Source: an uncultured Nitrososphaerota archaeon (GTDB lineage Archaea > Thermoproteota > Nitrososphaeria > Nitrososphaerales > Gagatemarchaeaceae). From it: 64,000 bases of DNA. This document shows, piece after piece, positions 11,027 through 19,829 of this stretch. A model generated the notes under the pieces. That model made no database searches. It was not told where the DNA came from and was given only the letters and a program-made list of their open reading frames with translations. The first letter of the stretch is position 1. Each line of letters opens with the position of its first letter. A program made the translations under genes and the position numbers. The stretch is taken from NCBI GenBank assembly GCA_963703285.1, contig OY969807.1, forward strand, positions 1,888,001 through 1,952,000, in the 5' to 3' direction.

Positions 11027-11042
11027 GAGGGGGTGAAGACAA

Positions 11043-11444
11043 GTGTCAATGCTAATTGCGGCAAACGCCAGCCAGATAACCATTGACGGAAAGGTCGTCC
11101 CTGGGATTCAGTCCATCGACTTCAAAATAACTAGGAACCGCCAGAACATCCACGCCATAAGCACCGAGGAGAGGCTCGGGGCCTACTACGGCGCGCTCTT
11201 CGTCCAGGGCTCGGTCAAGATAAAGTCAGGATACGACGCCCTCGACAAGAAGATGTACGAGACGATCCCCACACTGAAGTTCTTCCAAATCGTCGTCCAG
11301 CTCCAGCCTCAGTCGGTCGACAAGCCGGTCAAGAAGATCACCTTCGACGAGTGCATCCTGGAGGACAAGACGTTCGCTATGGACGCGACCGGCGTCGCAA
11401 CGACGACCTACAACTTCACAGCGACCAGAATACGCGAAGAGTAG
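11043..11444 (+). CDS. Tail tube protein
   Basis: 133 aa beta-rich protein immediately after the sheath; tube-like pattern VPGIQSIDF...ITFDECILEDKTF.MDATG...YNFTAT. Confidence 0.8.
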   Translation: MSMLIAANASQITIDGKVVPGIQSIDFKITRNRQNIHAISTEERLGAYYGALFVQGSVKIKSGYDALDKKMYETIPTLKFFQIVVQLQPQSVDKPVKKITFDECILEDKTFAMDATGVATTTYNFTATRIREE

Positions 11445-11451
11445 AGGCGCC

Positions 11452-11820
11452 ACGACGCGCAGGCTAACGAAGGAGGACATCATTGAGGGGTCTCGCGTCC
11501 GCGAGACCGTCTTCCTCAAGGAGTATGGCTCAGAGGTGGTCGTGAGGCCCCTGACCGACGGTGAGCTCTCGCGGATATTCTCGATAGTAGGCCCCATCCC
11601 GCTCCGGCCGGACGGGACTCCCGACCTCGCCAGGGTCGAGGTAGACAAGAACTTCGACGCCCTTCGCCTGGCCGCCTCGATAGGGATGGTCGAGCCGCAG
11701 CTCGACACCAAGGAGGTCGCCGAGATGAAGTTCGGAGTCCCCGAGGCTATAGGGATGAAGATTCTCGAGATAAGCGGCGTCGCTCCTCCGGAGCAGGCTA
11801 AAAAAAAAGACGCGAGATAG
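11452..11820 (+). CDS. Tail assembly chaperone (gpG-like); probable ACG start at 11452 or 11455
   Basis: In-frame N-terminus RLTKEDIIEG...EYGSEVVVRPLTDGE upstream of the track's GTG; lies between tube and tape-measure-position gene; ends just after an A9 run. Confidence 0.75.
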   Translation, partial: TTRRLTKEDIIEGSRVRETVFLKEYGSEVVVRPLTDGELSRIFSIVGPIPLRPDGTPDLARVEVDKNFDALRLAASIGMVEPQLDTKEVAEMKFGVPEAIGMKILEISGVAPPEQAKKKDAR

Positions 11821-12038
11821 AGGGATTCGCGAGGAGCCCTGAGGGCCAGGAGCTGGCGACTCTCTGCCTAGACCTAGGGTACAAGCTCGCCCCGGAGGCG
11901 CGCGACCTCACCAGGCTCCAGATCGGGTTCCTCATGGCTGCCCTCTCGCTGAGGGCCGAGGCCGCCTCCGTCGCGGAGCTTGCGGAGCAGGGAGTGACCC
12001 GCATCGTCGTAAGGGATGACCTCGGAGGAGAGGGATGA
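11808..12038 (+). CDS. Chaperone -1 frame extension (gpT-like part of a gpGT fusion)
   Basis: The -1 frame after A9 (11800-11808) is open: RREIEGFARSPEGQELATLCLDLGYKLAPEARDLTRLQIGFLMAAL...DLGGEG*; its stop overlaps the next ATG (ATGA); no ATG/GTG/TTG near its 5' end. Confidence 0.75.
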   Translation, partial: RREIEGFARSPEGQELATLCLDLGYKLAPEARDLTRLQIGFLMAALSLRAEAASVAELAEQGVTRIVVRDDLGGEG

Positions 12039-15000
12039 GCAGCCCAAGAGACTCCGGGCGCCTGGCCTCGCTGGCGTCGAGGTTCGCCGCCTTCCTTAAG
12101 GGCCCGAGGGTAGGCCCGGTCGTCGAGAGCACCACCGCCTCTCTGTCCTCCCTGGTGGATCTCGGCGCCCGCCTGGCCTCGCGGGTGTCGAGGAGCGTCG
12201 CGGTGGTGGTCACCGGCCCTCCCTACACGCCGAAGGTGCGGCGAAGGGCCGCTGCCAGAGGTGTCGGCCCGGAGGAAGCCGCTCCGGACATCGAGCTTCA
12301 AACCGTGCCTTCTCAGCAGGAGTCTCCGTCGGGCGGCCCAGGCGGAGAGGATCGCGCCCTCTTCCCCTCCCTGACGAGCCCGATGCAGGCTGCATTTCGT
12401 TCGTTCTCCCAGCGGGGAGGCGGGCCAGCGCCCTCCACAACCGCGTTCCAGCCCGTGCCCGCAGCGGGGTCCTCATCCTCCGCCGCTCAGGGGCCTTCGT
12501 CAACCGGCGAGACCGCTTTTCACGACCTCTCGGCCGACTCAGGCTCGAGCTACCCCTCCTCGCCCGCCGCTACCCTGCTCTCCTTCCAGGGGGCGATGAC
12601 AGGAGCGGCCTCGGCAGCGGCTTCCGTCCTCCAGCAGGCGGTCGCGCCCTCGCCGGTGGGTTACGCGACCGGGGGTGCGGCGATGCCTGCCGTCTCCAAC
12701 GCCGCGGCCCGAGGCGAATCACAGCCGTCGTCGGGCACCGGGGGGCCACCGGCGGGAAGCACCCAGTTCCAGACCAGCCCTCCTGCGCCACAGCCGGGCT
12801 ATCAGGCGTCGACGGCAGTCCAAGCCCCTCCCCCTCCTCCGGCGGGAACCGCGGGCCCGCCCGCCGTACTCAGCACCGCAGCCTTCCGGAGCGTCTCTAC
12901 GGGGACCAGGGCCGTCGCCCCCGAAGCCTCGGGCAGCGCGGCGGAGAAGAGCGCGACGTCCCCGCAGCCGGGCGGTCCCGAACCGCAGAGCCCTCCGCAG
13001 GTCGCGGCGCAGCCCATGCCAAACCCGGCAGCCCCTCCTCCCTCGGGCTTCCCCGGCCAGCCCGCGCAGCAGGAGCAAGCCGTCTCACCGGCGAGCCCCT
13101 CTCTCTCGTCCTCTGCGCTGATCCCTTCGCTCGCTGCAGCCGCGTCGACAAGCTCCGCAGCGGCATATCTGGGGGTCCCTCCCCCGCCAAGCGCCGGACC
13201 CTCCGCTCTCGTCCTTGGGCCCGCGTCTGCCTCGAGTCGCCCGGGCGGAGGGGGGCCGATGCCTCCCAAACCCACGGGGCCGTCCCAGTCCCTTGAACCT
13301 GGCCCTGCCTCTCAGGCCGTCACGACGGAGTCGGCGTTGCGAGAGGCTTCGCAGACCCAGCCGAACCCTCCGCCCGCGCCCGCCACCGAAGAGGGAACCC
13401 CACCGACCATCGAGCGCGGCCCCCCATCCGACGTTGCCCGCTCGCCGGAGGAGCAGCCCGCCGCGGAGTCGGTCCCGGGATTGTCGCCCGCGCCTCGAGC
13501 CCCTCCCATCGGGCTCGAAGCTGCCTCGTCTCGCCATGCCGGTACGGAACCCGTCGCTCTCGAGCTCGGGCCCGCTCCACCTCTGCCGGGTGTATCCGCC
13601 CAACCCTCCCCCGAGCAACAGGGGACCGCTCCGGCTTCTCCAGGGGGTGGCACCACAAGCACAGTCCCCTTCTCCATGGATTGGCGGTGGTCCGCCGCGA
13701 TCGTGCGCATGGCGGCCACGCAGGCACTTCTCTCCTCGTACTTGGGGGGCACCGGTGTATCTCAGGTCCCCCTCGCGCCGCCCGGAGTCCCCCGCGCTGC
13801 CAATGCGAGTTCAGCGGTCCAACCTGAGCCCGCAGCCCCCGCGCCTCCGAGCGACATCGGACCCTCTGCCCCGCCGGGTCCGACTGGTGGGCCGCCTTCT
13901 ACCGAGTCGCCGAGGGGGCCTGAAGAGAGCCCGACCACCCCGCCGATGCCGCAAGCCTCTCCAGCGGTTCCCGAGGCGAGCGGTAGCGAAGTGCTCACGC
14001 CCTTCGGCATCGTCGCCTCCATGCAATCTGCATTCGCCGGTTCGAGAGTCGCTGAGGTGCTCGGAACCTCTGCTGCGGCTCCCCCGTCCCCGCCACCTCC
14101 CGCCGCTCGAATCGTCCCCCCGAGCGCTCCGCCTCCAACGGCGGGGCTTCCATCAGAGGGGTACGGTCCGAGAGCAGCGCCCTTGCCCGCAGAGCTGGCG
14201 GGTGGCAATGCTCCATCAGCGGGCGAATTGGAATTGGGGCTGCGACCCGCTCCACCGCCTAGCGGGTCGGTCCCCTTCCCCTCCCAGTCACGAGAGGCAG
14301 AATCGAGGGCGGCTCCTCCGGCTCCATCGGCTCCGTCGGTCGCGGCCGTCTCCGTCCCCCCTCTCCCAGCGGCCACCCGGGCACCGGTGCCGCCGCAGGT
14401 CCCTTCTGCGACCCCAGCCGCTCCTACAGTTCCCAGCCAGCGGGCGCGGGCCCCCGTCTCTACCGGTGGAGGAGTCGAGCCAGCGGGCGCTCCCGTCGCG
14501 GTGCCTGAGACCCCGGGAGGGCTCGCCTCCCTCTCACGCGTCGAGGTGCCTCCTCCAGCTCCCCCGTCGCCCCGCGGGCCTCCTTCGCCTACGCCAATGG
14601 GGACCACCGTTGTCTTCAGCCCCGCGGCCTTTGAGAGCGCCATTAGGGGAGTGAGGCCCGGAGTTCCGGAGGCGGAGGGGGCGCGTCTGAGGGTGCTGTG
14701 GAAGCTCCGGCGCAGCCGGGACCCGCGCCTCCGCCAGCGCCTCCCGCAGCACCCTCTGGCTTGCCTGGCGCCGGCCCGAGCGGTGCCCTGGTGACTCCTT
14801 CAGCCGCCCAGGCTGTCGCGTATGCGACCAGTCTCGGATTGATGCGCGGATCTCTCGTCTCTCCGCTTCCGCCTCCGGTTCCGCGTGGTTCGTTGGCCCC
14901 GGCGGCGCCCAGGCCGGCCGCCCCTGCCGGCCAGCAGTTGGTTACCGGGGAGAGCCGTGCGCCCGGGGAGCGTGAAGGGTCAGAGAGCGTCTTTGAGCTC

Positions 15001-15153
15001 CCGACGGGCGAGGAGGCACCTCTGGCCGAGGAAGAGCGGCAGCCGGAGTCGAGGGAAGAGAACGGGTCGCGTGATCAGGATGAGCTGTCGGCGATGCGCA
15101 AGACAATCGAGAGACTTTTGCAGGAGGAGCTCCGGAGGTACGGTATCCAATGA
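12035..15153 (+). CDS. Pro/Ala/Ser-rich low-complexity protein at the tape-measure position; interrupted by a -1 frameshift near 14677-14681 (~1039 aa if joined)
   Basis: ORFs 12035..14794 and 14698..15153 join seamlessly if G5 is G6 (EGGASEGAVEAPAQP); C-terminal helix ELSAMRKTIERLLQEELRRYGIQ resembles ends of CIS tape-measure-like proteins. Confidence 0.6.
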
Positions 15154-15228
15154 CCCGTCCGCCCGGGGCTCGCCATTCTATCACACACAAGTGGCTCGGG
15201 CGAACGCCTTGGGAGGGAGGCTTCAAAG

Positions 15229-15978
15229 TTGGACATTAAGCTCGACGACATAGACCTCGTCAAGAGGGTGCAGCCGTCCGCCGCCGGGCCATACACCGAA
15301 ATTCGTAGCGTCACGACTGTCGACGTCGATGACAGGAGAGATGTGGTCGAGATCAGGGTACCAGGGGCCGAAGGGAACGCGCTGCAGGACATGGGGCGCG
15401 AAGCCATCAGGATTAGGGTGGTGGGCGAGATATGGGGCAAGAGCGCCAAGACCACCCTGGAGTCCCTCAAGGACAAGTCGGACGGCGGGGAGGCGGTCTC
15501 GTTCACGTCGGACCTCCTCTCAGCGGCCAAGGTCAGCAACGTGGTCATCGAGAGGCTGCTCATAGACCAGTCGGCGGGAGTCCCGGACCGCTTCAAGTAC
15601 ACCCTCTTCCTGAGGGAGTACAAGGGGGAGACGGAGGAGGAAGGGGTCGAGGAGGGCGAGGAGGAAGAAGAGGCGGAGGAGCCCCCAGACCAGACCGAGG
15701 AGGCGGAGGAGGAGGCCGAGAAGGAGACAGAGGTGGACGACATAAGCGGACAGGTCCTCGACGCAGAGGGCAATCCGGCGCCCCACGTCGCGGTGAAGAT
15801 AGTGGGGCCGGACGGGGAGCGCATCATCATGACCGACGAGGACGGCAAGTACCAAGTCCTAGACGCGCCGGACGGAGAGTACACGGTCTCGGTTGACGAG
15901 GAGGGGTACGAGGAGGAGTCGAAGGTCACGGTCAAGAAGGGGGCCGGCGGGGAGGAGGCACCCCCGGGCGGAGCCTGA
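15229..15978 (+). CDS. Baseplate tube-initiator-like protein (DNA-circulation N-terminal-like domain) fused by an acidic linker to a carboxypeptidase-regulatory-like beta-sandwich
   Basis: VPGAEGNALQDMGREAIRIRVVG...VVIERL...YTLFLREY; Glu-rich linker; ISGQVLDAEGNP...TDEDGKY...GEYTVSV..EGY. Confidence 0.65.
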   Translation: MDIKLDDIDLVKRVQPSAAGPYTEIRSVTTVDVDDRRDVVEIRVPGAEGNALQDMGREAIRIRVVGEIWGKSAKTTLESLKDKSDGGEAVSFTSDLLSAAKVSNVVIERLLIDQSAGVPDRFKYTLFLREYKGETEEEGVEEGEEEEEAEEPPDQTEEAEEEAEKETEVDDISGQVLDAEGNPAPHVAVKIVGPDGERIIMTDEDGKYQVLDAPDGEYTVSVDEEGYEEESKVTVKKGAGGEEAPPGGA

Positions 15979-15983
15979 CGTGA

Positions 15984-17516
15984 ATGTCGGCGTCGAAGCA
16001 GGTCCAGGCAGATCCGCTGAAGGAGGAGAAGGCCCGGCTCTCTATCCAAATCTCGGAAACCGACCCCAACTGGATTCCCGACGCACGCAACGGTCTGCTC
16101 AAGTTCACAGCGAGGATCTACGCCTTCGTCAACGGCCAGTGGGTTCCCGCGAAGAGGGCGAACCAGATGAAGAAGATTGTCTTTATGTTCGCGGATGTCT
16201 CCAAGGAGAAGGGGGTATGCATGAACTATCCGAAGGATGCGAACACCAACCCCGACCTGTTCTTTGCATGCCCGTGCCCGGACTGCTACAAGAATCAGGA
16301 TCCGAAGATGTCCGAATTCGACTTCGAGGAGGACAAGACCTCGGACCCGGCCTGTGTCGAGAAGATAGTAGACGCGGGCGACAATCCAAAGCACAAGCAC
16401 CATTACCAAAAGGCCACAACGAAGGAGGCGGTCTTCGAGGCCACGGCGGTGGTCCGCTGCGAGGACTTCGGGGCCAACGGCGTCCTGACCGTCACAGCCG
16501 ATGACACCGAAGCAATGACGAGAGGCGACACAGGGAAACCCGCTCACATCGTGACCATCCCGGTCGACGAGAACCAGAACAAGATAGCCGACTCGGCCCC
16601 TCAAGACAAGGACGAGTCTGGGAATGCGGCCAAGGCAGGAGACGACAACGACTCCACCCCCGTCGGGGACGGGACCAAGGGAGACGGGTTCACCAACTAT
16701 GAGGAGTATCGCGGCTTCATCATCTCGGACGAGAGCAGAGGCTCAGGAAAGCTGAGGCACTTCAGGACCGACACCTCGAAGAAGGACCTCTTCATCTACA
16801 ATCCCGACGGCCTCCAGATCAGTCTCTTCCGCAGCGCGTCCGCCCTGGAGATCTGCCTCCTACCGGACCCAGACCTCTTCAACGGCGCCTCGGCCGACAA
16901 CGACACGGGCCCGACCGGGAAGACGCAAATCGTGAACTTCAACCGCGGCTACGCGTCCGGCGGCGACCAGCACGGTCTCAGGCTCGTCAAGGAGACCTCG
17001 GATCCGAATCTCTTCGGTGTCTCCCGGGGCGGTGGTCCGGGCACTCCCAAGGTCGTGAACAGGGTGGCGGTCAACACAGACAACACGCGCGACGCGAACG
17101 AGCCTCCGAACCGGGAGCTGCGCACGGTTGCGCACGAGCTCGGTCACTCCGTGGGGCTGTGGCACCACGGTGAGAAGGAGAAACACGACCACACAGTAAC
17201 GTTCACCGACGGCACCACGGCAACCTACTCGTCCGAGCCCACGGGGGGTCAGACCAGCGGCATTGTAAACTGCATCATGAGGTACGCGAACTTCGCTTCC
17301 CTCTGGTGCCACCCAGACGATAACAACCGTGCATCGCACCACCCTCACTACGTCCCCCGCGTGAACCCGCTGCCGGGCGATAACTACTGCACCGGGACCG
17401 AGGGGACCGAGGTCAACGCGGGGAACGATTTCAAGAACGACGCCACCTCCAACGGGGGATACGGCCGCAGGAGCCGCGGCAAGTGCAGGGAACAGCTGAA
17501 GGTGAAGGACTGGTGA
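15984..17516 (+). CDS. Metzincin-type zinc metalloprotease domain protein, candidate CIS effector
   Basis: HELGHSVGLWH (HExxHxxGxxH) plus Met-turn NCIMRY; Asp-rich Ca-binding-like segment DENQNKIADS...GDGFTNYEEYRGF; no signal peptide evident. Confidence 0.75.
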   Translation: MSASKQVQADPLKEEKARLSIQISETDPNWIPDARNGLLKFTARIYAFVNGQWVPAKRANQMKKIVFMFADVSKEKGVCMNYPKDANTNPDLFFACPCPDCYKNQDPKMSEFDFEEDKTSDPACVEKIVDAGDNPKHKHHYQKATTKEAVFEATAVVRCEDFGANGVLTVTADDTEAMTRGDTGKPAHIVTIPVDENQNKIADSAPQDKDESGNAAKAGDDNDSTPVGDGTKGDGFTNYEEYRGFIISDESRGSGKLRHFRTDTSKKDLFIYNPDGLQISLFRSASALEICLLPDPDLFNGASADNDTGPTGKTQIVNFNRGYASGGDQHGLRLVKETSDPNLFGVSRGGGPGTPKVVNRVAVNTDNTRDANEPPNRELRTVAHELGHSVGLWHHGEKEKHDHTVTFTDGTTATYSSEPTGGQTSGIVNCIMRYANFASLWCHPDDNNRASHHPHYVPRVNPLPGDNYCTGTEGTEVNAGNDFKNDATSNGGYGRRSRGKCREQLKVKDW

Positions 17517-18403
17517 CCCCTGCGAACCGAGAAGAGGAACCTCCGATTGACGTCTCCTTCAGCATCAATGGGAGCAGGGCTGCATCGGTCAACAGAGACG
17601 AGTCCCTCATCATGTATGTCTCGTTGACCAACTATGAAGCCACATCGGCCGTCCTCAACAACGAGTCCATCAACGCGCGCATCGAAGATTTCAGGAAGGA
17701 GGCCAAGGAGAGGGACATCGACCGAGACGACCTGAACAAGCGGGTGAAGGCGCTCTCGGCGGGCCTGAAGCCGGTCAGGACGTTCAGGTTCGGAGGCAGA
17801 GAGAACTGGACAGCGTTTCTGAAGATTGAGATAAAGAACGGGGAGAGTTGGGTCCCATCTGTTTGGTCCACAAGACTCCTATCCTGGGCTCCGAGGACCT
17901 CCGTGGCGGAGCTGGACTCGGACCGGATCTGCTTCGCGGAGTTGGGCATCGACCCAGAAGAAGTGGAAAAAATCCCGAAGGGTCTCCACGAGGTCAGGGT
18001 CGCTCTCGAGCTCGTCAAGGGATTCAAGACGGTCTCCAACACCGCAATGCTCGAGTTCACAGGCAAGGACACGCCCGCCGAGACAAGGTCCGGAGAGGGC
18101 TTCCTCTTCGCGCTGGGCACCTACTACATGAAGCGCGGTCCGAGGGACCGAGCCATGACCTTCCTCCGGGACGTCAACGCAGCACACCCCGACTACGACC
18201 GGATCGTCGTGTTGTTGGGGGACGTCCTCGAAGCGGATGGGGACCTTAACGGCGCGCTTGAGCTCTACAGGCAGGCGCTCGCATCTTACAGGAAGCGGGA
18301 GCACAACAGGACAGAGGAGCCCGAGGCTCTAGTCGCCCGGATAAACCGGATACAGCTGCGCATAACGGGACGGACGGATGGCGTGGGTCTGGGTGTAAAA
18401 TAA
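17513..18403 (+). CDS. Beta-domain plus TPR protein, candidate immunity/chaperone partner
   Basis: GTG overlaps the protease stop (GTGA); TPR-like helices ALGTYYMKRG...LLGDVLEADGDLNGALELYRQAL. Confidence 0.6.
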   Translation: MTPANREEEPPIDVSFSINGSRAASVNRDESLIMYVSLTNYEATSAVLNNESINARIEDFRKEAKERDIDRDDLNKRVKALSAGLKPVRTFRFGGRENWTAFLKIEIKNGESWVPSVWSTRLLSWAPRTSVAELDSDRICFAELGIDPEEVEKIPKGLHEVRVALELVKGFKTVSNTAMLEFTGKDTPAETRSGEGFLFALGTYYMKRGPRDRAMTFLRDVNAAHPDYDRIVVLLGDVLEADGDLNGALELYRQALASYRKREHNRTEEPEALVARINRIQLRITGRTDGVGLGVK

Positions 18404-18407
18404 ATAG
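18396..18407 (+). promoter_or_regulatory. Possible internal promoter for the baseplate genes
   Basis: A-rich BRE-like run then TAAATA at 18401-18406, 25 nt before ATG 18432. Confidence 0.4.
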
Positions 18408-18431
18408 CCTCGAGATGAGATTGTCGTGGTT

Positions 18432-19406
18432 ATGTCGCGTCCTTCGTATCAGATAAATTTGGGGTCTGCTGCCGTGGAACGCGGGGGCGCAGGTGATCTC
18501 GTTTCTGTACGCGTCTCTACCGACCTGGAGGGCAGGGCCGGCCTCTGCGAACTGGTCGTGAGGGCGAACGACTCGAACCTCGATTTTTCCGTCGGCGATT
18601 CCATGGACGCCTCGTTGGGGTACGTCGACGACACGACCAAGGTATTCACCGGTACGATAGACAGCGTATTCAGGGAGCTCGACTACGACCGCATCGTCTC
18701 TCTGAACTCCGTGGCGAAGCTCCAGAGGTACCGCACGGACAAGTTGTTCGAGAATCAGACCTGCGGCGCCATAGTCACCGACCTTGCGGCCTCTGCGAAC
18801 GCCTCCACCGGAGACGTCCAGGATGGACTCCAGCTTCCCTTCTACGCCGTCGATAGCGCGAAGAACGCGCACGAGCACGTGCTCGAGCTCGCGCGGCGCT
18901 GCGGCCACGAGGCCTACGTCGACGCGGACGACGCGCTTGCGTTCGGGCCATACGAGGCGGATTCCCCCAAACAGTTCGAGTACGGGAAGACCATCATCGC
19001 CGTGACGCGCCTCGAAAGGGGCGCGATCTTCGGCTCCGTCCACGTCTACGGCGAGAGCCCTTCGAGCTCGAAGGGGGCCGATTCTGTGCACTGGCTGACG
19101 AAGACGCCGGTCGACTCCACCAGCGGCGACGGCAATGCGCTGCTCGTGAGCGACGCGGCGGTAAGAGACACCGACACTGCGGGGAGCGTCAGCGATGTCC
19201 TGTTGGCCTCTGTCTCTCGTAACACGCTCCTCCGGCTGAAGACGCTCGGCGACGCGACGGTCGCCCTGAACTCCACGGTGCAGATACTGAGCATGACGGA
19301 CGAAGCTCTGAACGGCGATTATCAGGTAAGGGGAGTGGAGCACCTCTTCAGCAAGTCGAGGGGCTTCACCACGACCCTCTTGCTTTCGGGGACGGGTCAA
19401 GAATGA
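18432..19406 (+). CDS. Baseplate hub protein (P2 gpD / T4 gp27 / VgrG N-terminal-like)
   Basis: SLGY...KVFTGTID, FENQTCGAIVTDLA, ELARRCG, LGDATV...LNGDYQVRGVEHLFSKSRGFTTTL. Confidence 0.85.
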   Translation: MSRPSYQINLGSAAVERGGAGDLVSVRVSTDLEGRAGLCELVVRANDSNLDFSVGDSMDASLGYVDDTTKVFTGTIDSVFRELDYDRIVSLNSVAKLQRYRTDKLFENQTCGAIVTDLAASANASTGDVQDGLQLPFYAVDSAKNAHEHVLELARRCGHEAYVDADDALAFGPYEADSPKQFEYGKTIIAVTRLERGAIFGSVHVYGESPSSSKGADSVHWLTKTPVDSTSGDGNALLVSDAAVRDTDTAGSVSDVLLASVSRNTLLRLKTLGDATVALNSTVQILSMTDEALNGDYQVRGVEHLFSKSRGFTTTLLLSGTGQE

Positions 19407-19828
19407 GCGAAGAGAAACCGGTACTCGGCAGAGACCTCAGACTGGTAGAGACGCAGACGGGCGCCGACCTTGCACTCTCCGCGAGCGGAGACCTCGACCT
19501 CGTGGAGGACGAACTGAACCTCGGCCAGGCGATTGTGCACAGGATCAGGACGAGAAGGGGAGAGCTCACCGACATAGGACACAGGAGGTACGGCTCGCGG
19601 CTCTACGACCTGATAGGCGAGCCGAACAACGATACGACGAGGGAGCGCATCAAGGTGCTCGTGAGAGAGGCGCTCGCCCACGAGTCAAGGGTCAAGGAAA
19701 TACTCGGCCTTACGGTGACCCCCTCAAAGGATAGAGCCGACGCAGTGAGCATCGAGATCAGCGTCTCCGCCATCGGCGGCGAGGTCCCACTCAACATAGT
19801 CATGCCCTTCTACCTGGAGGTCGCCTGA
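19403..19828 (+). CDS. Baseplate wedge / sheath initiator (gp25/gpW family)
   Basis: NLGQAIVHRIRTRRGEL...H..YGSRLYDLIGEP...VREALAHESRV. Confidence 0.9.
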   Translation: MSEEKPVLGRDLRLVETQTGADLALSASGDLDLVEDELNLGQAIVHRIRTRRGELTDIGHRRYGSRLYDLIGEPNNDTTRERIKVLVREALAHESRVKEILGLTVTPSKDRADAVSIEISVSAIGGEVPLNIVMPFYLEVA

Positions 19829-19829
19829 T

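Noticed and set aside
12200-16604. Many long overlapping or antisense ORFs (e.g. 13215..14654 +, 15075..16604 -)
   Set aside because: Shadow ORFs expected from high GC and low complexity; Arg/Gly-rich with no motifs, and overlapping better-supported genes.
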